Source of the DNA: an uncultured Acinetobacter sp.
GTDB lineage: Bacteria; Pseudomonadota; Gammaproteobacteria; Pseudomonadales; Moraxellaceae
Length of the DNA stretch: 64,000 nt
Assembly: GCA_964293455.1 (NCBI GenBank)
Contig: CAXYZD010000001.1
Location: 341 to 64,340 of the forward strand
Direction: 5' to 3'
Positions 10,184-21,267 of this stretch are shown piece by piece. Each line of letters opens with the position of its first letter. The first letter of the stretch is position 1. The position numbers were made by a program, and so were the translations under genes. Below the pieces are notes generated by a model. It was not told the DNA's origin, made no database searches, and saw nothing but the letters and a program-made list of their open reading frames with translations.

Positions 10184-11611
10184 TCAGTCTACCTTTAACT
10201 GCTTCAATATTGCTTTAAGCACTTGAATACGTGCTGAATATTTATCATTGGTGGCAATCACATGCCACGGTGCATAGTCAATATGGGTTCGCTCTAACAT
10301 ATCTGCGGCTGCACTCAAATACTCATCCCAATGCCCACGATTGCGCCAATCGTCAGGGGTGATTTTAAAGCGCTTGTGCGGGGTTTGTTCGCGTGCTTTA
10401 AAGCGAGCCTCTTGTTCATCTTTCGAAATTGCCAACCAAAATTTAATGATCACATGCTGATTTTCAGTTAAGTCTTTTTCAAAACGATTAATTTCATCAT
10501 AAGCACGTTGCCATTCCACAGGATTTGCAAAACCCTCAATACGCTCGACCAATACTCGTCCATACCAACTACGATCAAAAATCGCGATCTTTTCTTCAGG
10601 CTGAATTTTTGTCCAAAAGCGCCATAAATAAGGTCGACGCAACTCATACTTTTCAGGTGCTGCAATGGTATGAATTTCATATTCGCGAGGATCAAGTTTT
10701 TTCAAAATGCGCTTAATCGCACCACCCTTTCCTGCGGCATCCATTCCCTCAAAACTAATCACAATATTTCGAGGATCATTTCGCAGTGCATCTGAAACTT
10801 TTTTAGTGAGTTTTTTCAGCTCTGTTTTATAATCTTCTGCCGACAAAACATCACTAGCAGGATTTAACAAAACTTCAGGCGTGATTGCCTGCTTCCATTT
10901 CGTCCGTACTGAGGTGCGATGTCGTGGTAATTCTTTTAACGCCTGTAAAATATGTTGGGCAAATTGCTGATCACGTACTGTTTCATCTTCACAATCAATC
11001 ACTAGCCAATCATTTGTAAATTTTTGACGTAACTTCTGCACGGTATCGTATTGTTTTTTATTGCGCCAATCTAAACCATGTAGTTTGTGCCAACGCTGTT
11101 CTGAGGTATCCATATCATCTAGACGTTTTTGCAAACTTTTCCATGACAAATCGAACCAAACTTTAATCACTTCAACATGATTATTTTTCAAATCTTGTTC
11201 ATAGGCACGCATACTGTCGACATAGGCATCAAAAAGTGTGTCATCGAGTGAGCGAGATACATGCATGGTGGTCGTGAGTAAATCACTATACCAATTGCCA
11301 AACATGACCTGAATCTGCCCTTCTGCAGGAATGAAACGAGCATATGGTTGCCAAAAAGTTTGTTTATCTGAAAATAGATGTGCAGGATCTGCTTTAACGC
11401 GTAAATAACGTGGATCAACCCATTCACGTAGTTGTTTTACTGCTTCGCCTTTGCCTGCCAATTCAATTCCACTGACCAAAATCACTAAACTTTTTCCGTT
11501 TTTCTGATCACGGCTATTTTTCAAAGCATACTGTGCTTCAATCAAATCGACAGATAACGCTTCTTCATCACGCACAACAAATTCTAATTCTTCTTTCATC
11601 ATATTTTTCAC
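10184..11611 (-). CDS. pap: Polyphosphate:AMP phosphotransferase (two-domain class II PPK2)
   Basis: Two PPK2 domains. The C-terminal domain is canonical (FEGMDAAGKGG, FDRSWYGRVLVERIEG); the N-terminal domain is degenerate (SGIELAGKGE, FGNWY). Confidence 0.9.
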   Translation of the reverse strand: MKNMMKEELEFVVRDEEALSVDLIEAQYALKNSRDQKNGKSLVILVSGIELAGKGEAVKQLREWVDPRYLRVKADPAHLFSDKQTFWQPYARFIPAEGQIQVMFGNWYSDLLTTTMHVSRSLDDTLFDAYVDSMRAYEQDLKNNHVEVIKVWFDLSWKSLQKRLDDMDTSEQRWHKLHGLDWRNKKQYDTVQKLRQKFTNDWLVIDCEDETVRDQQFAQHILQALKELPRHRTSVRTKWKQAITPEVLLNPASDVLSAEDYKTELKKLTKKVSDALRNDPRNIVISFEGMDAAGKGGAIKRILKKLDPREYEIHTIAAPEKYELRRPYLWRFWTKIQPEEKIAIFDRSWYGRVLVERIEGFANPVEWQRAYDEINRFEKDLTENQHVIIKFWLAISKDEQEARFKAREQTPHKRFKITPDDWRNRGHWDEYLSAAADMLERTHIDYAPWHVIATNDKYSARIQVLKAILKQLKVD

Positions 11612-11798
11612 ATATATTCTGACATTTACTTGAGTATAACCTGATCAATGTAGACCGTGATCTTTTTTATATAATCCTCATAATTTGCCCAAATTGGCAT
11701 GGGTTTATGGCATTTTTTCTATATTATTTTGTTTTTTTGTCATAGAGATACCGTTAAACTGCCTTTATTCTTGATCAAAACGGATTTTCGAGCTTTAT

Positions 11799-12500
11799 AT
11801 GTCTAAACTTGCTGCATTAGATCAACTTTTAGAACAATATCAACAATTAAGTTATCACACCAATCCTGTATTAAAAACACGCTTACATGAAGCGCAAGGT
11901 TGGTTAAAAAGCCGAATTCAACGCACGCATCACGAATTATTTAATCAAAAAGAAAATGTGCTAATGGCGCAGTATTTTATCAATCGTTTGTATGGCGGCC
12001 CTGAGTTTGATGACTTAGCGGTACAAATTGAACGCTTGTTAAAATATGCCCATAAAGCAGAAAAAATCATTCCTGAAAATGCCATTAAAACGGGTTTAAA
12101 ATCGGTTGGATTAGCAGTTTTAGCAATGCAACTTGATGAGCAAGTCGCAGCACAACTCCTTAAAGATTACCCTGCTGAACAAAAAATTGATGATGAAATG
12201 ATGCGTCAAACCCTCATTAAACTCGATCAGTATGAAGCACGTTTAGAACAACTCTCTTTACTCGATGATCTTGGTGGCGCACTTGATAAATATATGCGTT
12301 CATTCATCATGCATACCGCTTTTAAAATGTGTAAAGGTACTGCAAGTAAATATCGTTTTGAACTGATGTATGACTTTATTGGTGAAGGTTTTATAGCAAT
12401 GAAGCCAATGAAATCTGCCGCAAATTTTATTCATACATTTACCGTGAAAGAGTGTGAAATTGTGGAAAAAGTTCATGCTGGTGACCCCAATCCATTTTAA
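11799..12500 (+). CDS. Conserved hypothetical protein (FFLEELY-motif-like)
   Basis: 233-aa helical ORF with YFINRLYG, resembling the FFLEELY motif; lies upstream of ubiE. Confidence 0.6.
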   Translation: MSKLAALDQLLEQYQQLSYHTNPVLKTRLHEAQGWLKSRIQRTHHELFNQKENVLMAQYFINRLYGGPEFDDLAVQIERLLKYAHKAEKIIPENAIKTGLKSVGLAVLAMQLDEQVAAQLLKDYPAEQKIDDEMMRQTLIKLDQYEARLEQLSLLDDLGGALDKYMRSFIMHTAFKMCKGTASKYRFELMYDFIGEGFIAMKPMKSAANFIHTFTVKECEIVEKVHAGDPNPF

Positions 12501-12658
12501 TCGTTGTTGAAATCAGCTATAAATCATGCTGATCTTTTCGATCAGTTTTTGTATATTATTCATAACAATTACGTGCAGAGGACTGCAAATTTTTGCAGAA
12601 TCTGTCATTATGCCAAACAATCTCAGATTTTCCATTTTTGTGTTCAGGAGTGACTCAA

Positions 12659-13603
12659 ATGTCGAATGAAAACCAAAAGCCAACCGAAATAAATGAGTCG
12701 GCAACACACACAGACAAACAGAGTCCTTTTTTAACCGAACCATTACCGCAAGGTACGCCACAAGGGCAACAACAATCTTTACAACAGGCTCCTGTTGATA
12801 CACCTGTTTCAGGTACAGTGCCTAAATACAATCTGCCACGTGGCGCAAACACGGGCAATGTCGGTGCAACCACTCACTTCGGTTATCAAACTGTCAATAG
12901 TGATGATAAAGCACAGAAAGTTGCTGAAGTATTCCACTCAGTAGCAGCAAAATACGACATTATGAATGACCTGATGTCATTCGGTATTCACCGTTTATGG
13001 AAACGCTTTGCAATCAATATGTCAGGCGTTCGTCGCGGTCAACACGTGCTTGATATTGCAGGCGGTACAGGTGATTTAGCCAAAGTATTCAGCCGTGAAG
13101 TCGGCCCTACAGGTCATGTGGTTTTATCTGACATTAACGAATCAATGTTAAATGTTGGTCGTGATCGTTTGATTGATGCAGGCTGTAGCAATGTTGATTT
13201 TGTTTTGGCCAATGCTGAAACTTTAGAACCATTTGCAGACAACAGTTTTGACTTACTCACCATCAGTTTTGGTCTACGTAACGTGACCGATAAAGATGCT
13301 GCATTGCAATCGATGTATCGTGTGCTTAAGCCGGGTGGTCGTTTACTCATTTTAGAATTCTCTAAACCTGTGTTTGAACCATTCTCTAAACTTTACGATA
13401 TGTATTCATTCACAGCATTGCCAATCATGGGTAAACTGATTGCCAATGATGCTGAAAGTTATAAATATTTAGCTGAATCCATCCGTATGCACCCTGACCA
13501 ACGTACTCTTAAAGGTATGATGGAAAATGCAGGTTTCCAAAATTGTGACTACCACAATTTAACAGGTGGCATCGTTGCAGTTCACCGTGGTTTTAAACTG
13601 TAA
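12659..13603 (+). CDS. ubiE: Ubiquinone/menaquinone C-methyltransferase UbiE
   Basis: [40 protein letters not shown]. Start placed at ATG 12659 behind an AGGAG SD, not the track's 12593. Confidence 0.96.
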   Translation: MSNENQKPTEINESATHTDKQSPFLTEPLPQGTPQGQQQSLQQAPVDTPVSGTVPKYNLPRGANTGNVGATTHFGYQTVNSDDKAQKVAEVFHSVAAKYDIMNDLMSFGIHRLWKRFAINMSGVRRGQHVLDIAGGTGDLAKVFSREVGPTGHVVLSDINESMLNVGRDRLIDAGCSNVDFVLANAETLEPFADNSFDLLTISFGLRNVTDKDAALQSMYRVLKPGGRLLILEFSKPVFEPFSKLYDMYSFTALPIMGKLIANDAESYKYLAESIRMHPDQRTLKGMMENAGFQNCDYHNLTGGIVAVHRGFKL

Positions 13604-13639
13604 TTTTCACATTTTGATGATGAACAATAAGGTTGCATT

Positions 13640-14296
13640 ATGTGGTCAATTTTAGCACTCGGTGCAGTTGAACGACTGATCAATCAGTTGATCAATATGG
13701 ATGCGATCACTCGCATCCAATTCAATCAGTTGCAAGGCAAGCTGTTACGTGTGGTGATCGAATCACCACAGCTGTCCGTTGATGTTTATTTTGATGAACA
13801 TCAAGTTCGTTTAGAACCAACGGTCACAGGTAAAAGCGACACGCCTTCTATTTTCGAACAACATCCTTATGACAAGACTGTTGCCATTGCTGAAGCGACC
13901 GCTACTTTACATGTCAAAAGTGTTGTTGAATTAGCGAAGCTCTTTGTTGCTGATGATATTGGCAATATTCCGCTTGATGGTGATTACCACCTTTTGCAAG
14001 AGATTCAAAATATCATCCAACAGACTGAGCCTGATTTAGCATCACATCTTAGTCCGTGGATTGGTCCTGCTTTAGCACATGAAATTGGTAAGATCCAGCT
14101 TGCACCAAAACATTTAAAACGCTCAGTGCAAAGTCATGCTTTCTTTGTTGAAGATTTTCTAAAAGAAGATACTGGTCTTTTTGCGCCACGTTGGCAAATG
14201 GATGATCTACAACAAGATACTCGTCAATTGAATCAAAATATTGACCGCCTTGAAGCCAAAATTCAACAACTTCAATCTCGAATTCAACCACAATAG
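13640..14296 (+). CDS. ubiJ: Ubiquinone biosynthesis accessory factor UbiJ
   Basis: SCP2-like N-terminus and C-terminal coiled coil (IDRLEAKIQQL); located between ubiE and ubiB. Confidence 0.85.
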   Translation: MWSILALGAVERLINQLINMDAITRIQFNQLQGKLLRVVIESPQLSVDVYFDEHQVRLEPTVTGKSDTPSIFEQHPYDKTVAIAEATATLHVKSVVELAKLFVADDIGNIPLDGDYHLLQEIQNIIQQTEPDLASHLSPWIGPALAHEIGKIQLAPKHLKRSVQSHAFFVEDFLKEDTGLFAPRWQMDDLQQDTRQLNQNIDRLEAKIQQLQSRIQPQ

Positions 14297-14320
14297 TTTA
14301 ATCCAAACTCACATCAGGTA

Positions 14321-15949
14321 ATGCCATTTATGATTCCGCACATCAGCCGTTTACTCGAACTTTGGCGCATTGCCGCGCACTATCGACTCGATACACTGAT
14401 TCCTGCGGAAGAGTTACCTGAAAAAGCGCGTCATGCTTTAGCATTAATTCGCATGCACCCTGCAGCTTGGTCAAGTAAAGAGAAAAAGAATCCGCTCAAG
14501 CTCAAAGAAGCTGTAGAAGAAATGGGTCCACTGGCGATTAAAATGGGACAATTGCTCTCGACGCGCCGTGACTTGATTCCACCTGAACTGTTACAACAAT
14601 TGGTTTTATTACAAGACCGCGTCAAACCTTTTGGCAATGATGTTGCCAAGACCCGTATTGAGCAGTCGTTAAAAGCCAATATTTCAACGCTGTTTGCACG
14701 TTTTGATGAACAACCTTTAGCCGCAGCATCCATTGCACAAGTACATACTGCTGCGCTACATGATGGTCGTGAAGTCGTGGTCAAAGTCACCCGACCTGAC
14801 ATTCGCAGTCAAATTTTACAAGATTTTGAAATTTTAAGATGGCTCGGGGCGAGTTTAGAAAAACGCCTAGAAGCTGCTCGTGCTGTGCATATTTCTGAAA
14901 TTATTGAGAATTATCGTCAAGTCATTTTAAATGAACTCGATTTGACTTTAGAAGCTGAAAATACCCGCCGTATGCGCCATTACTTTACAGGCTCAAGCAT
15001 GATGTATGTGCCTGAAGTGTATATGGATAGCAAAGATGTGATGGTGGCTGAACGCATTACAGGCGTACCGATCTCAGACATTGAAACCTTTGATCGACTC
15101 GGCATGGATCGTAAAGATTTGGCTGAAAAAGGTTTAACCATTTTCTTTACTCAAGTGTTCCGTGACAACTTTTTTCATGCTGACATGCATCCGGGAAATG
15201 TTTTTGTTGAAACGCTGAATCCGAGCAGTCCTCGTTATATTGCACTCGATTGTGCCATTATGGGCGAGCTTTCTAAGTCTGATCAGATGACTGTTGCCCG
15301 TATGTTATTGGCTGTAATGAACAGCGATTTCATGCAATTGATTCAAATTGTACACCAAGCAGGCTGGATTCCACCGGGGACTGATCAAGATGCCCTCGCC
15401 CGTGAAATGCGTCGTACTGTTGGACCAATGGTCTCGAAGCCGATGCATGAATTGGACTTTGCAGGTATCCTGATTCAAGTGATGGATATTGCACGTCGTT
15501 TTCATTTGGAAATTCCACCACAACTGATGCTTCTACTGAAAACATTGGTACATGTGGAGGGTCTAGGAACAGACTTGTATCCTGACCTTGATATTTGGAG
15601 TACCGCAAAACCGATTCTGAGTGAATGGGTGAAAGCGCAGATGAATCCGCAGAAAAACTTAAAAGAACTCGGACAAAAAATTCCTGATCTACTTTTAGGT
15701 GCGCAAGATTTACCAATGCTTATGATTGACAGCTTAAATGGTTTAAAAAATCAATCGGCATGGCATTCTAAGCAACTCCATGAATTACAAATGATGCGTT
15801 TGGAAGTTGAGAATCAGCAAAAACGCAGTTGGATTTTCGGTAGCATCATGGCAATTTTCTTGTCGGTTGCGATTATTGCACCGTGGTATATTTCAATTGT
15901 GTTGATTGTGTTGGCAAGTGTTCTAGCTGTTTGGCGGATTGCCAAATAA
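14321..15949 (+). CDS. ubiB: Ubiquinone biosynthesis kinase-like protein UbiB
   Basis: ABC1 motifs KMGQLLSTRRD, AASIAQVH, VVVKV, FHADMHPGN and C-terminal TM helices. Confidence 0.95.
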   Translation: MPFMIPHISRLLELWRIAAHYRLDTLIPAEELPEKARHALALIRMHPAAWSSKEKKNPLKLKEAVEEMGPLAIKMGQLLSTRRDLIPPELLQQLVLLQDRVKPFGNDVAKTRIEQSLKANISTLFARFDEQPLAAASIAQVHTAALHDGREVVVKVTRPDIRSQILQDFEILRWLGASLEKRLEAARAVHISEIIENYRQVILNELDLTLEAENTRRMRHYFTGSSMMYVPEVYMDSKDVMVAERITGVPISDIETFDRLGMDRKDLAEKGLTIFFTQVFRDNFFHADMHPGNVFVETLNPSSPRYIALDCAIMGELSKSDQMTVARMLLAVMNSDFMQLIQIVHQAGWIPPGTDQDALAREMRRTVGPMVSKPMHELDFAGILIQVMDIARRFHLEIPPQLMLLLKTLVHVEGLGTDLYPDLDIWSTAKPILSEWVKAQMNPQKNLKELGQKIPDLLLGAQDLPMLMIDSLNGLKNQSAWHSKQLHELQMMRLEVENQQKRSWIFGSIMAIFLSVAIIAPWYISIVLIVLASVLAVWRIAK

Positions 15950-15957
15950 ATCATTTT

Positions 15958-15986
15958 AAGCCTATTCACTGAATAGGCTTTTTTTT
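15958..15986 (+). terminator. Intrinsic terminator after ubiB
   Basis: AAGCCTATTCA-C-TGAATAGGCTT followed by a T-run. Confidence 0.85.
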
Positions 15987-16080
15987 ACAATGACGCAAAA
16001 GTCATTTACTGATATCTATCGCCATTGCCCTGACATGACTATTTTCTAAAATATAGCCATCTGTTTGAGCAAACACCACC

Positions 16081-17163
16081 ATGACGCAAATTTTATATCG
16101 AAAACCATCATCCCTCAAAATACAAGCAGGCTCGCTCGCCAAACAACTGATTGAAAAAGAAGGCTTAGACGCAGGGCAAGTGGATATGATTCCCGGTGCA
16201 GCAGGTGGTCCCAAAGGCATTGGACTCATGGGGCTAGATCAAGCCATATTTGGGGCATTTCTCCCTCAAGCCAAACAACGACGTTTTTTAATTGGCTCAT
16301 CGGTTGGCGCATGGCGTTTTGCAGGCATCATTGCACAAGGTGAAAAACTCGGTCCTGAGAAATTAGCAGAGTTATATATCAACTTACCGTTTCATAAAAA
16401 AATGAAAATGGCTGAAATTGAAAAAATCTCAAGAGATATGCTACACGGTATTTTAGGTGATCAAACTCAAAAATTAGTTGATCATCCTGATTATCACCTC
16501 ACCATCATTGCAGCTAAAGCTGAAAAATCTTTTCAAAGTGATCAAAAGTTGGCGCTCTATAGCTCCCTACTTGGCATCATTGGTAATAATGCCATTTCAC
16601 GTGATCGCTTAAATAAATATATGCAACGTGTCATTTCACAACCTGAACAATTTCCACAATTTCAAATACAAGATGATGCCTTTAAAACCCATTACATCAA
16701 TTTTAATCAGGACAATGTTTCAGATTGGCTCATGGCTTCAGGCTCAATTCCGGGTGTCACACCTGCGGTGAAAAATATTGCTAATGCGCCTGAAGGTGCG
16801 TACCGTGATGGTGGTTTAATTGACTATCACATCGACCTACCATTTAAAAGTAAAGGCATTGTTTTATATCCGCATTTTACTGACAGTATCACCCCCGGCT
16901 GGTTTGATAAAATGTTTAAATCACGTAAAGCCAATCCTGAAAATCAGGCTCGAACGTTGCTCCTCTCACCCTCTCAGGAATATTTACAATCATTACCTTT
17001 AGGGCGTTTACCTGACCGTAAAGATTTTGTGATGAAAGGCTTAGAGCCTGCTAAACGTATTCAACTTTGGAAACAATCGGTTGCTGAAAGTCAGCGCTTA
17101 GGTGATGAATTTTTAGAGTTGGTGGAAAAACAGAATTTTGTAGAAGTGATGCAAGTTTTGTAA
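16081..17163 (+). CDS. Patatin-like phospholipase family protein
   Basis: Gly-rich loop GAAGGPKG, nucleophile elbow GSSVG, ASGSIP and DGG motif. Confidence 0.8.
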   Translation: MTQILYRKPSSLKIQAGSLAKQLIEKEGLDAGQVDMIPGAAGGPKGIGLMGLDQAIFGAFLPQAKQRRFLIGSSVGAWRFAGIIAQGEKLGPEKLAELYINLPFHKKMKMAEIEKISRDMLHGILGDQTQKLVDHPDYHLTIIAAKAEKSFQSDQKLALYSSLLGIIGNNAISRDRLNKYMQRVISQPEQFPQFQIQDDAFKTHYINFNQDNVSDWLMASGSIPGVTPAVKNIANAPEGAYRDGGLIDYHIDLPFKSKGIVLYPHFTDSITPGWFDKMFKSRKANPENQARTLLLSPSQEYLQSLPLGRLPDRKDFVMKGLEPAKRIQLWKQSVAESQRLGDEFLELVEKQNFVEVMQVL

Positions 17164-17335
17164 TTCAAAAAATTTATTATTGAATTTGTACAAGAGCATT
17201 ATCAAGGTTATGTTTCTTGGATCTCTGTTGATTAAATAATTTTTAAGATTTTCCGCAAATCATTTCAAATCACGTAAACTATGAACCGCTATGAAATAGC
17301 ACAAAAATTTTAAATCAATGAATTGGTGAAATCCT

Positions 17336-18130
17336 ATGAACAACTTGCAATGGCTCGATGAAGTAAAATTTAACGAACAAGGACTTATTCCTGCTATTGC
17401 ACAACATCATCTTACAGGACGTATTTTGATGGTGGCATGGATGAACCGTGAAGCACTACAACTCACTGCTGAAAAAATGCGTGGCGTTTACTTCTCACGT
17501 TCACGTAGTAAACTTTGGTTCAAAGGCGAAGAATCTGGGCATTTTCAAACAGTTTATGAAATCCGTTTAGACTGCGATGCAGATGTGATCGTCCTCCAAA
17601 TTGAACAAGAAGGCGGTATTGCTTGCCATACAGGTCGTGAGTCTTGCTTCTACCGTAAACTCACAGCAAACGGTTGGGAAATTGTTGATGCTCAACTGAA
17701 AGACCCAAATGCGATCTATGGCAAATCTGATGAGCAAGCTTCAAATAATCCACATACATTGGCAATGAATGCATCTACAGCCCAAGCTGAACAAGTCGAA
17801 GTCCTAGATTACTTAGGTAAAATGATGGCTGAGCGTAAAGCTGCTGATCCTGATTCATCTTATGTAGCTAAGCTTTACAGCAAAGGTTTAAATAAAATTT
17901 TAGAGAAAGTTGGTGAAGAAAGCATTGAAACCATTCTTGCCGCTAAAGATTTTAAAGCAGAAGCCAATGAAGATAATAAAAATGATTTAATTTATGAAGT
18001 GGCTGATCTTTGGTTCCATACCATTGTCATGCTTGGTTATTTCGATCTTGATGTGCAATTGGTCTTAAATGAATTGGCACGTCGTCAAGGACTTTCAGGT
18101 CTAGTTGAAAAAGCTCATCGTGATCACTGA
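17336..18130 (+). CDS. hisIE: Bifunctional phosphoribosyl-AMP cyclohydrolase / phosphoribosyl-ATP pyrophosphatase
   Basis: [16 protein letters not shown] and [10 protein letters not shown] (HisI); SYVAKL, KVGEE and EVADLWFH (HisE). Confidence 0.96.
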   Translation: MNNLQWLDEVKFNEQGLIPAIAQHHLTGRILMVAWMNREALQLTAEKMRGVYFSRSRSKLWFKGEESGHFQTVYEIRLDCDADVIVLQIEQEGGIACHTGRESCFYRKLTANGWEIVDAQLKDPNAIYGKSDEQASNNPHTLAMNASTAQAEQVEVLDYLGKMMAERKAADPDSSYVAKLYSKGLNKILEKVGEESIETILAAKDFKAEANEDNKNDLIYEVADLWFHTIVMLGYFDLDVQLVLNELARRQGLSGLVEKAHRDH

Positions 18131-18168
18131 TTCAGATATTTCGATCATTAAAATTACTGTTTAAATTC

Positions 18169-18197
18169 AAAAGCTCATGTTACTCATGGGCTTTTTT
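18169..18197 (+). terminator. Intrinsic terminator after hisIE
   Basis: AAAAGCTCATG...CATGGGCTTTT hairpin followed by Ts. Confidence 0.7.
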
Positions 18198-18335
18198 ATC
18201 ATTCAATTTTATCTAAAAACTAACATTTACTCAGCTTTTCGAACATGAGTTTCCCGATTGAATGTACGCTTATTCGGACTGTTATTTGCTATACTCAATC
18301 TCTTGATTTTAATTTTTGTGTAGATTTCATCCACT

Positions 18336-19829
18336 GTGTCCGACCTATTAAAGCCCACAACAGAACAAAACTTTGCCATTGAAGAAGCACAAAAAGGTCA
18401 ATCATTTAAAGTGATTGCCTATGCAGGCACGGGTAAAACGACGACATTACAATTGATCAGTGATGCCATGCAGCATCGCCGTGGCATGTATTTGGCATTT
18501 AACAAAGCCATTGCAGGTGAAGCACAAAATAAATTTCATCGTGGCGTAGACTGCCGAACCTTTCACTCACTCGCGTTTCGTAGTGTGCCTCGTGGTGTAA
18601 CCGATAAACTTCGTCTACCACGTTTAAGTCCGGGTTTTCTTGCTAAAGAATATCGTATAGAGCCAATCACACTGCGTCGTTTAATGGGTGGACGTTACGA
18701 ACGCTATACGCTTATGCCAAGTCGTCTTGCGAGTTTGGTTGCAAATGCGGTCAGCTATTTCTGTTCAACAAGTTCACAATATCCTGCGCCTCGTCACATT
18801 CAAGCACCGAGTTGGCTACATACCGATGACATCGAATCATTACAAAAACATTTATATCCTTCAGTCGAACGCCGCTGGCTAGAATCAATTGATCAGAATC
18901 ATCAAGCGGGTATTGGGCATGATATTTATCTAAAACTGTGGGCGCTCTCCGACCCTTATATTCCTGCCGATTATGTGCTGTTCGATGAAGCGCAAGATGC
19001 AGATCCGCTTATGCTCGGTATTTTACTGCGTCAGCGTAATACTCAAGTGATCTATGTCGGTGATGCACATCAACAAATTTATGCATGGCGTGGTGCAGTC
19101 AATGCCATGCAACAAATGCCTTTACCCTCGACACGGCTCACGACTTCATTTCGTTTTGGCGAACCGATTGCCGATGTTGCAAATTCACTACTCAGTGCGC
19201 TGAATGAAACTGTACCACTCATTGGCAATCCTGATGCAAAATCGAGCGTGGTCAATAAGCCACACACCAAAATGCGTGATGCGATTTTATGTCGTACCAA
19301 TGCACGTGCAATGGAACTTTTACTTTCAGGTTTAGTTCAGGGTGATAAAGTCAGTTTACAAGCCGACCACGCAAGATTAAACCGTTTCGTTGATGCGGCA
19401 AGTATGCTCAAACAAGGCAAGCGTGCAACCGATGTGCCTGAACTTGCTTGGTTTAATTCTTGGCATGATGTCCATGAATACTGCGAAACCAATGATGGTA
19501 GTGACATTAAACCGTTAGTAAAATTGGTTGATGATCACGGCACTGAATCGCTGAAAAAAGCCCTTGCGAAAATCACGCCCATTGAACAAGCTGACTATGT
19601 CATTTCTACAGCGCATAAAGCAAAAGGTTTAGAGTGGAATCGAGTACATATCGAAGATGATTACCAGTTTAAAATAAATGGCTTAGAACATAAAATCAGT
19701 GATGAAGAATTACGATTATTATACGTTGCTTGCACGCGTGCTAAAGTAAGCTTAAATATTCATCATATATACGATCTGATTCAACAACTCAAAATCAGAG
19801 CACAAATTAATAATAAAGCGTCTGCCTAA
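18336..19829 (+). CDS. UvrD/Rep-like superfamily 1 DNA helicase
   Basis: AYAGTGKTT, LAFNKA, FDEAQD, VGDAHQQIYAWRGA, SFRFG, STAHKAKGLEW, LYVACTRAK. Confidence 0.9.
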   Translation: MSDLLKPTTEQNFAIEEAQKGQSFKVIAYAGTGKTTTLQLISDAMQHRRGMYLAFNKAIAGEAQNKFHRGVDCRTFHSLAFRSVPRGVTDKLRLPRLSPGFLAKEYRIEPITLRRLMGGRYERYTLMPSRLASLVANAVSYFCSTSSQYPAPRHIQAPSWLHTDDIESLQKHLYPSVERRWLESIDQNHQAGIGHDIYLKLWALSDPYIPADYVLFDEAQDADPLMLGILLRQRNTQVIYVGDAHQQIYAWRGAVNAMQQMPLPSTRLTTSFRFGEPIADVANSLLSALNETVPLIGNPDAKSSVVNKPHTKMRDAILCRTNARAMELLLSGLVQGDKVSLQADHARLNRFVDAASMLKQGKRATDVPELAWFNSWHDVHEYCETNDGSDIKPLVKLVDDHGTESLKKALAKITPIEQADYVISTAHKAKGLEWNRVHIEDDYQFKINGLEHKISDEELRLLYVACTRAKVSLNIHHIYDLIQQLKIRAQINNKASA

Positions 19830-19872
19830 TTTTTAGCAGAACAATTCAGTATTCAAAATTTAAAGGTATACC

Positions 19873-21267
19873 ATGAAAATTCATGCCATTCGTCTTAGAC
19901 ATGCCTGCCATTTTTCTGATCTAAAAGTTGAATTAAACCCAGATCAACCTGTGACCCTAATTATTGGTGAACAAGCCTCTGGGAAAACCACCTTACTTAA
20001 AAGTATGTTCCATGCCCTGTCATGGTTTCCTGCACGCTTCAAAGATTTACGCAGTCCAGGCATTGTAATGCCTGATCAAGACATTATGTACAAACGTGTG
20101 CAATCTAAAATTGAAATTGAAGTCGATATCCCCGTTGAAATTGGTCCACTCAGTGAAAGTACCGATGCCCGTAGCATTAATACTTTTCGTTGCCAGTGGC
20201 AACTGTATAAAACCTTAAATGCAGCAGGTGTCGGCATCAGCAAAGTTGAGCTTGAACAGTTGGTCGCAAATTATCTCAAAGCCATTAAACAAGACCCGAT
20301 GCAAGGTTTACCACTCATTGCGTTTTATCCAACTGAACGCTTTGTCAATGAAATCAGCTTACTCAATAAAAATAATCCACATATATTTCAATCAGCGACT
20401 GCTTATGAAGCGGTGCCTTTAGCATTTACAACGTTTAGCCGTTTTTTTGAATGGTTACGAGAAATCAGTGATGTGGAAAATGCACAAACAGCACAAACAT
20501 TTCAGCAAATTTTAGCAAATCGTAAGCAAAGTAAATTGACATCGACAACTCCTGATACAAGTCTATTGGCAGATGCGCTCTTGCATGCCAGTACACAAAT
20601 GCACACCCCTGCCTTAACCGCACTCCGTACTACATTACAAACGGTTATTCCTGATATTACTGATCTTTTTATTGAATACCAACCTCGTCTACAATTGATG
20701 GTGATCTACAAAGGACAAACCATTCAATTTTTACAACTGTCTAATTCCTTTAAAAATTTAGTGGCGATGCTCGGTGATATTGTCCGTCGCATGTGCCTAC
20801 TCAATCCACTGAGTCTTTATCCGTGCATAGAAGGTGATGGGATTTTGATGATTGATGAACTGGATGCACAATTGGATGATTCATATAGTTTAGGTGTATT
20901 AGAACGCTTACATCATGCCTTTCCCCGTGTGCAAATTATTGCAACGAGTCAGCGCAATGCCCTACTTGAAACCGCAGAACAATATCAATGTTTCTTGCTA
21001 CAAGATAAAACCATATCACCGATTCAACTCAATGATCAGCAACAACAATTTCAGCAAATCTATGCCGATTTACTCTCAAATCATTCTACTTCTGATCAAA
21101 ACATAGAGACTGAATCAGCTTTAGAAAATACAGAGATCAATGTATCTGAGCATAATGTAACTGAACTTTTTCAAAAAATTCAAAGCATGAATCCTGATGA
21201 AAAACTTATGCTATTGGATTTATTACGAGCAGATCACGATCCTACACCGCATTCACCTTTGAACTAG
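19873..21267 (+). CDS. AAA/ABC-type ATPase, PtuA-like with degenerate motifs
   Basis: Walker A GEQASGKTT, FFEWLRE, MLGDIVRR..LLNP, Walker B ILMIDELD, FPRVQIIATS. Confidence 0.75.
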   Translation: MKIHAIRLRHACHFSDLKVELNPDQPVTLIIGEQASGKTTLLKSMFHALSWFPARFKDLRSPGIVMPDQDIMYKRVQSKIEIEVDIPVEIGPLSESTDARSINTFRCQWQLYKTLNAAGVGISKVELEQLVANYLKAIKQDPMQGLPLIAFYPTERFVNEISLLNKNNPHIFQSATAYEAVPLAFTTFSRFFEWLREISDVENAQTAQTFQQILANRKQSKLTSTTPDTSLLADALLHASTQMHTPALTALRTTLQTVIPDITDLFIEYQPRLQLMVIYKGQTIQFLQLSNSFKNLVAMLGDIVRRMCLLNPLSLYPCIEGDGILMIDELDAQLDDSYSLGVLERLHHAFPRVQIIATSQRNALLETAEQYQCFLLQDKTISPIQLNDQQQQFQQIYADLLSNHSTSDQNIETESALENTEINVSEHNVTELFQKIQSMNPDEKLMLLDLLRADHDPTPHSPLN

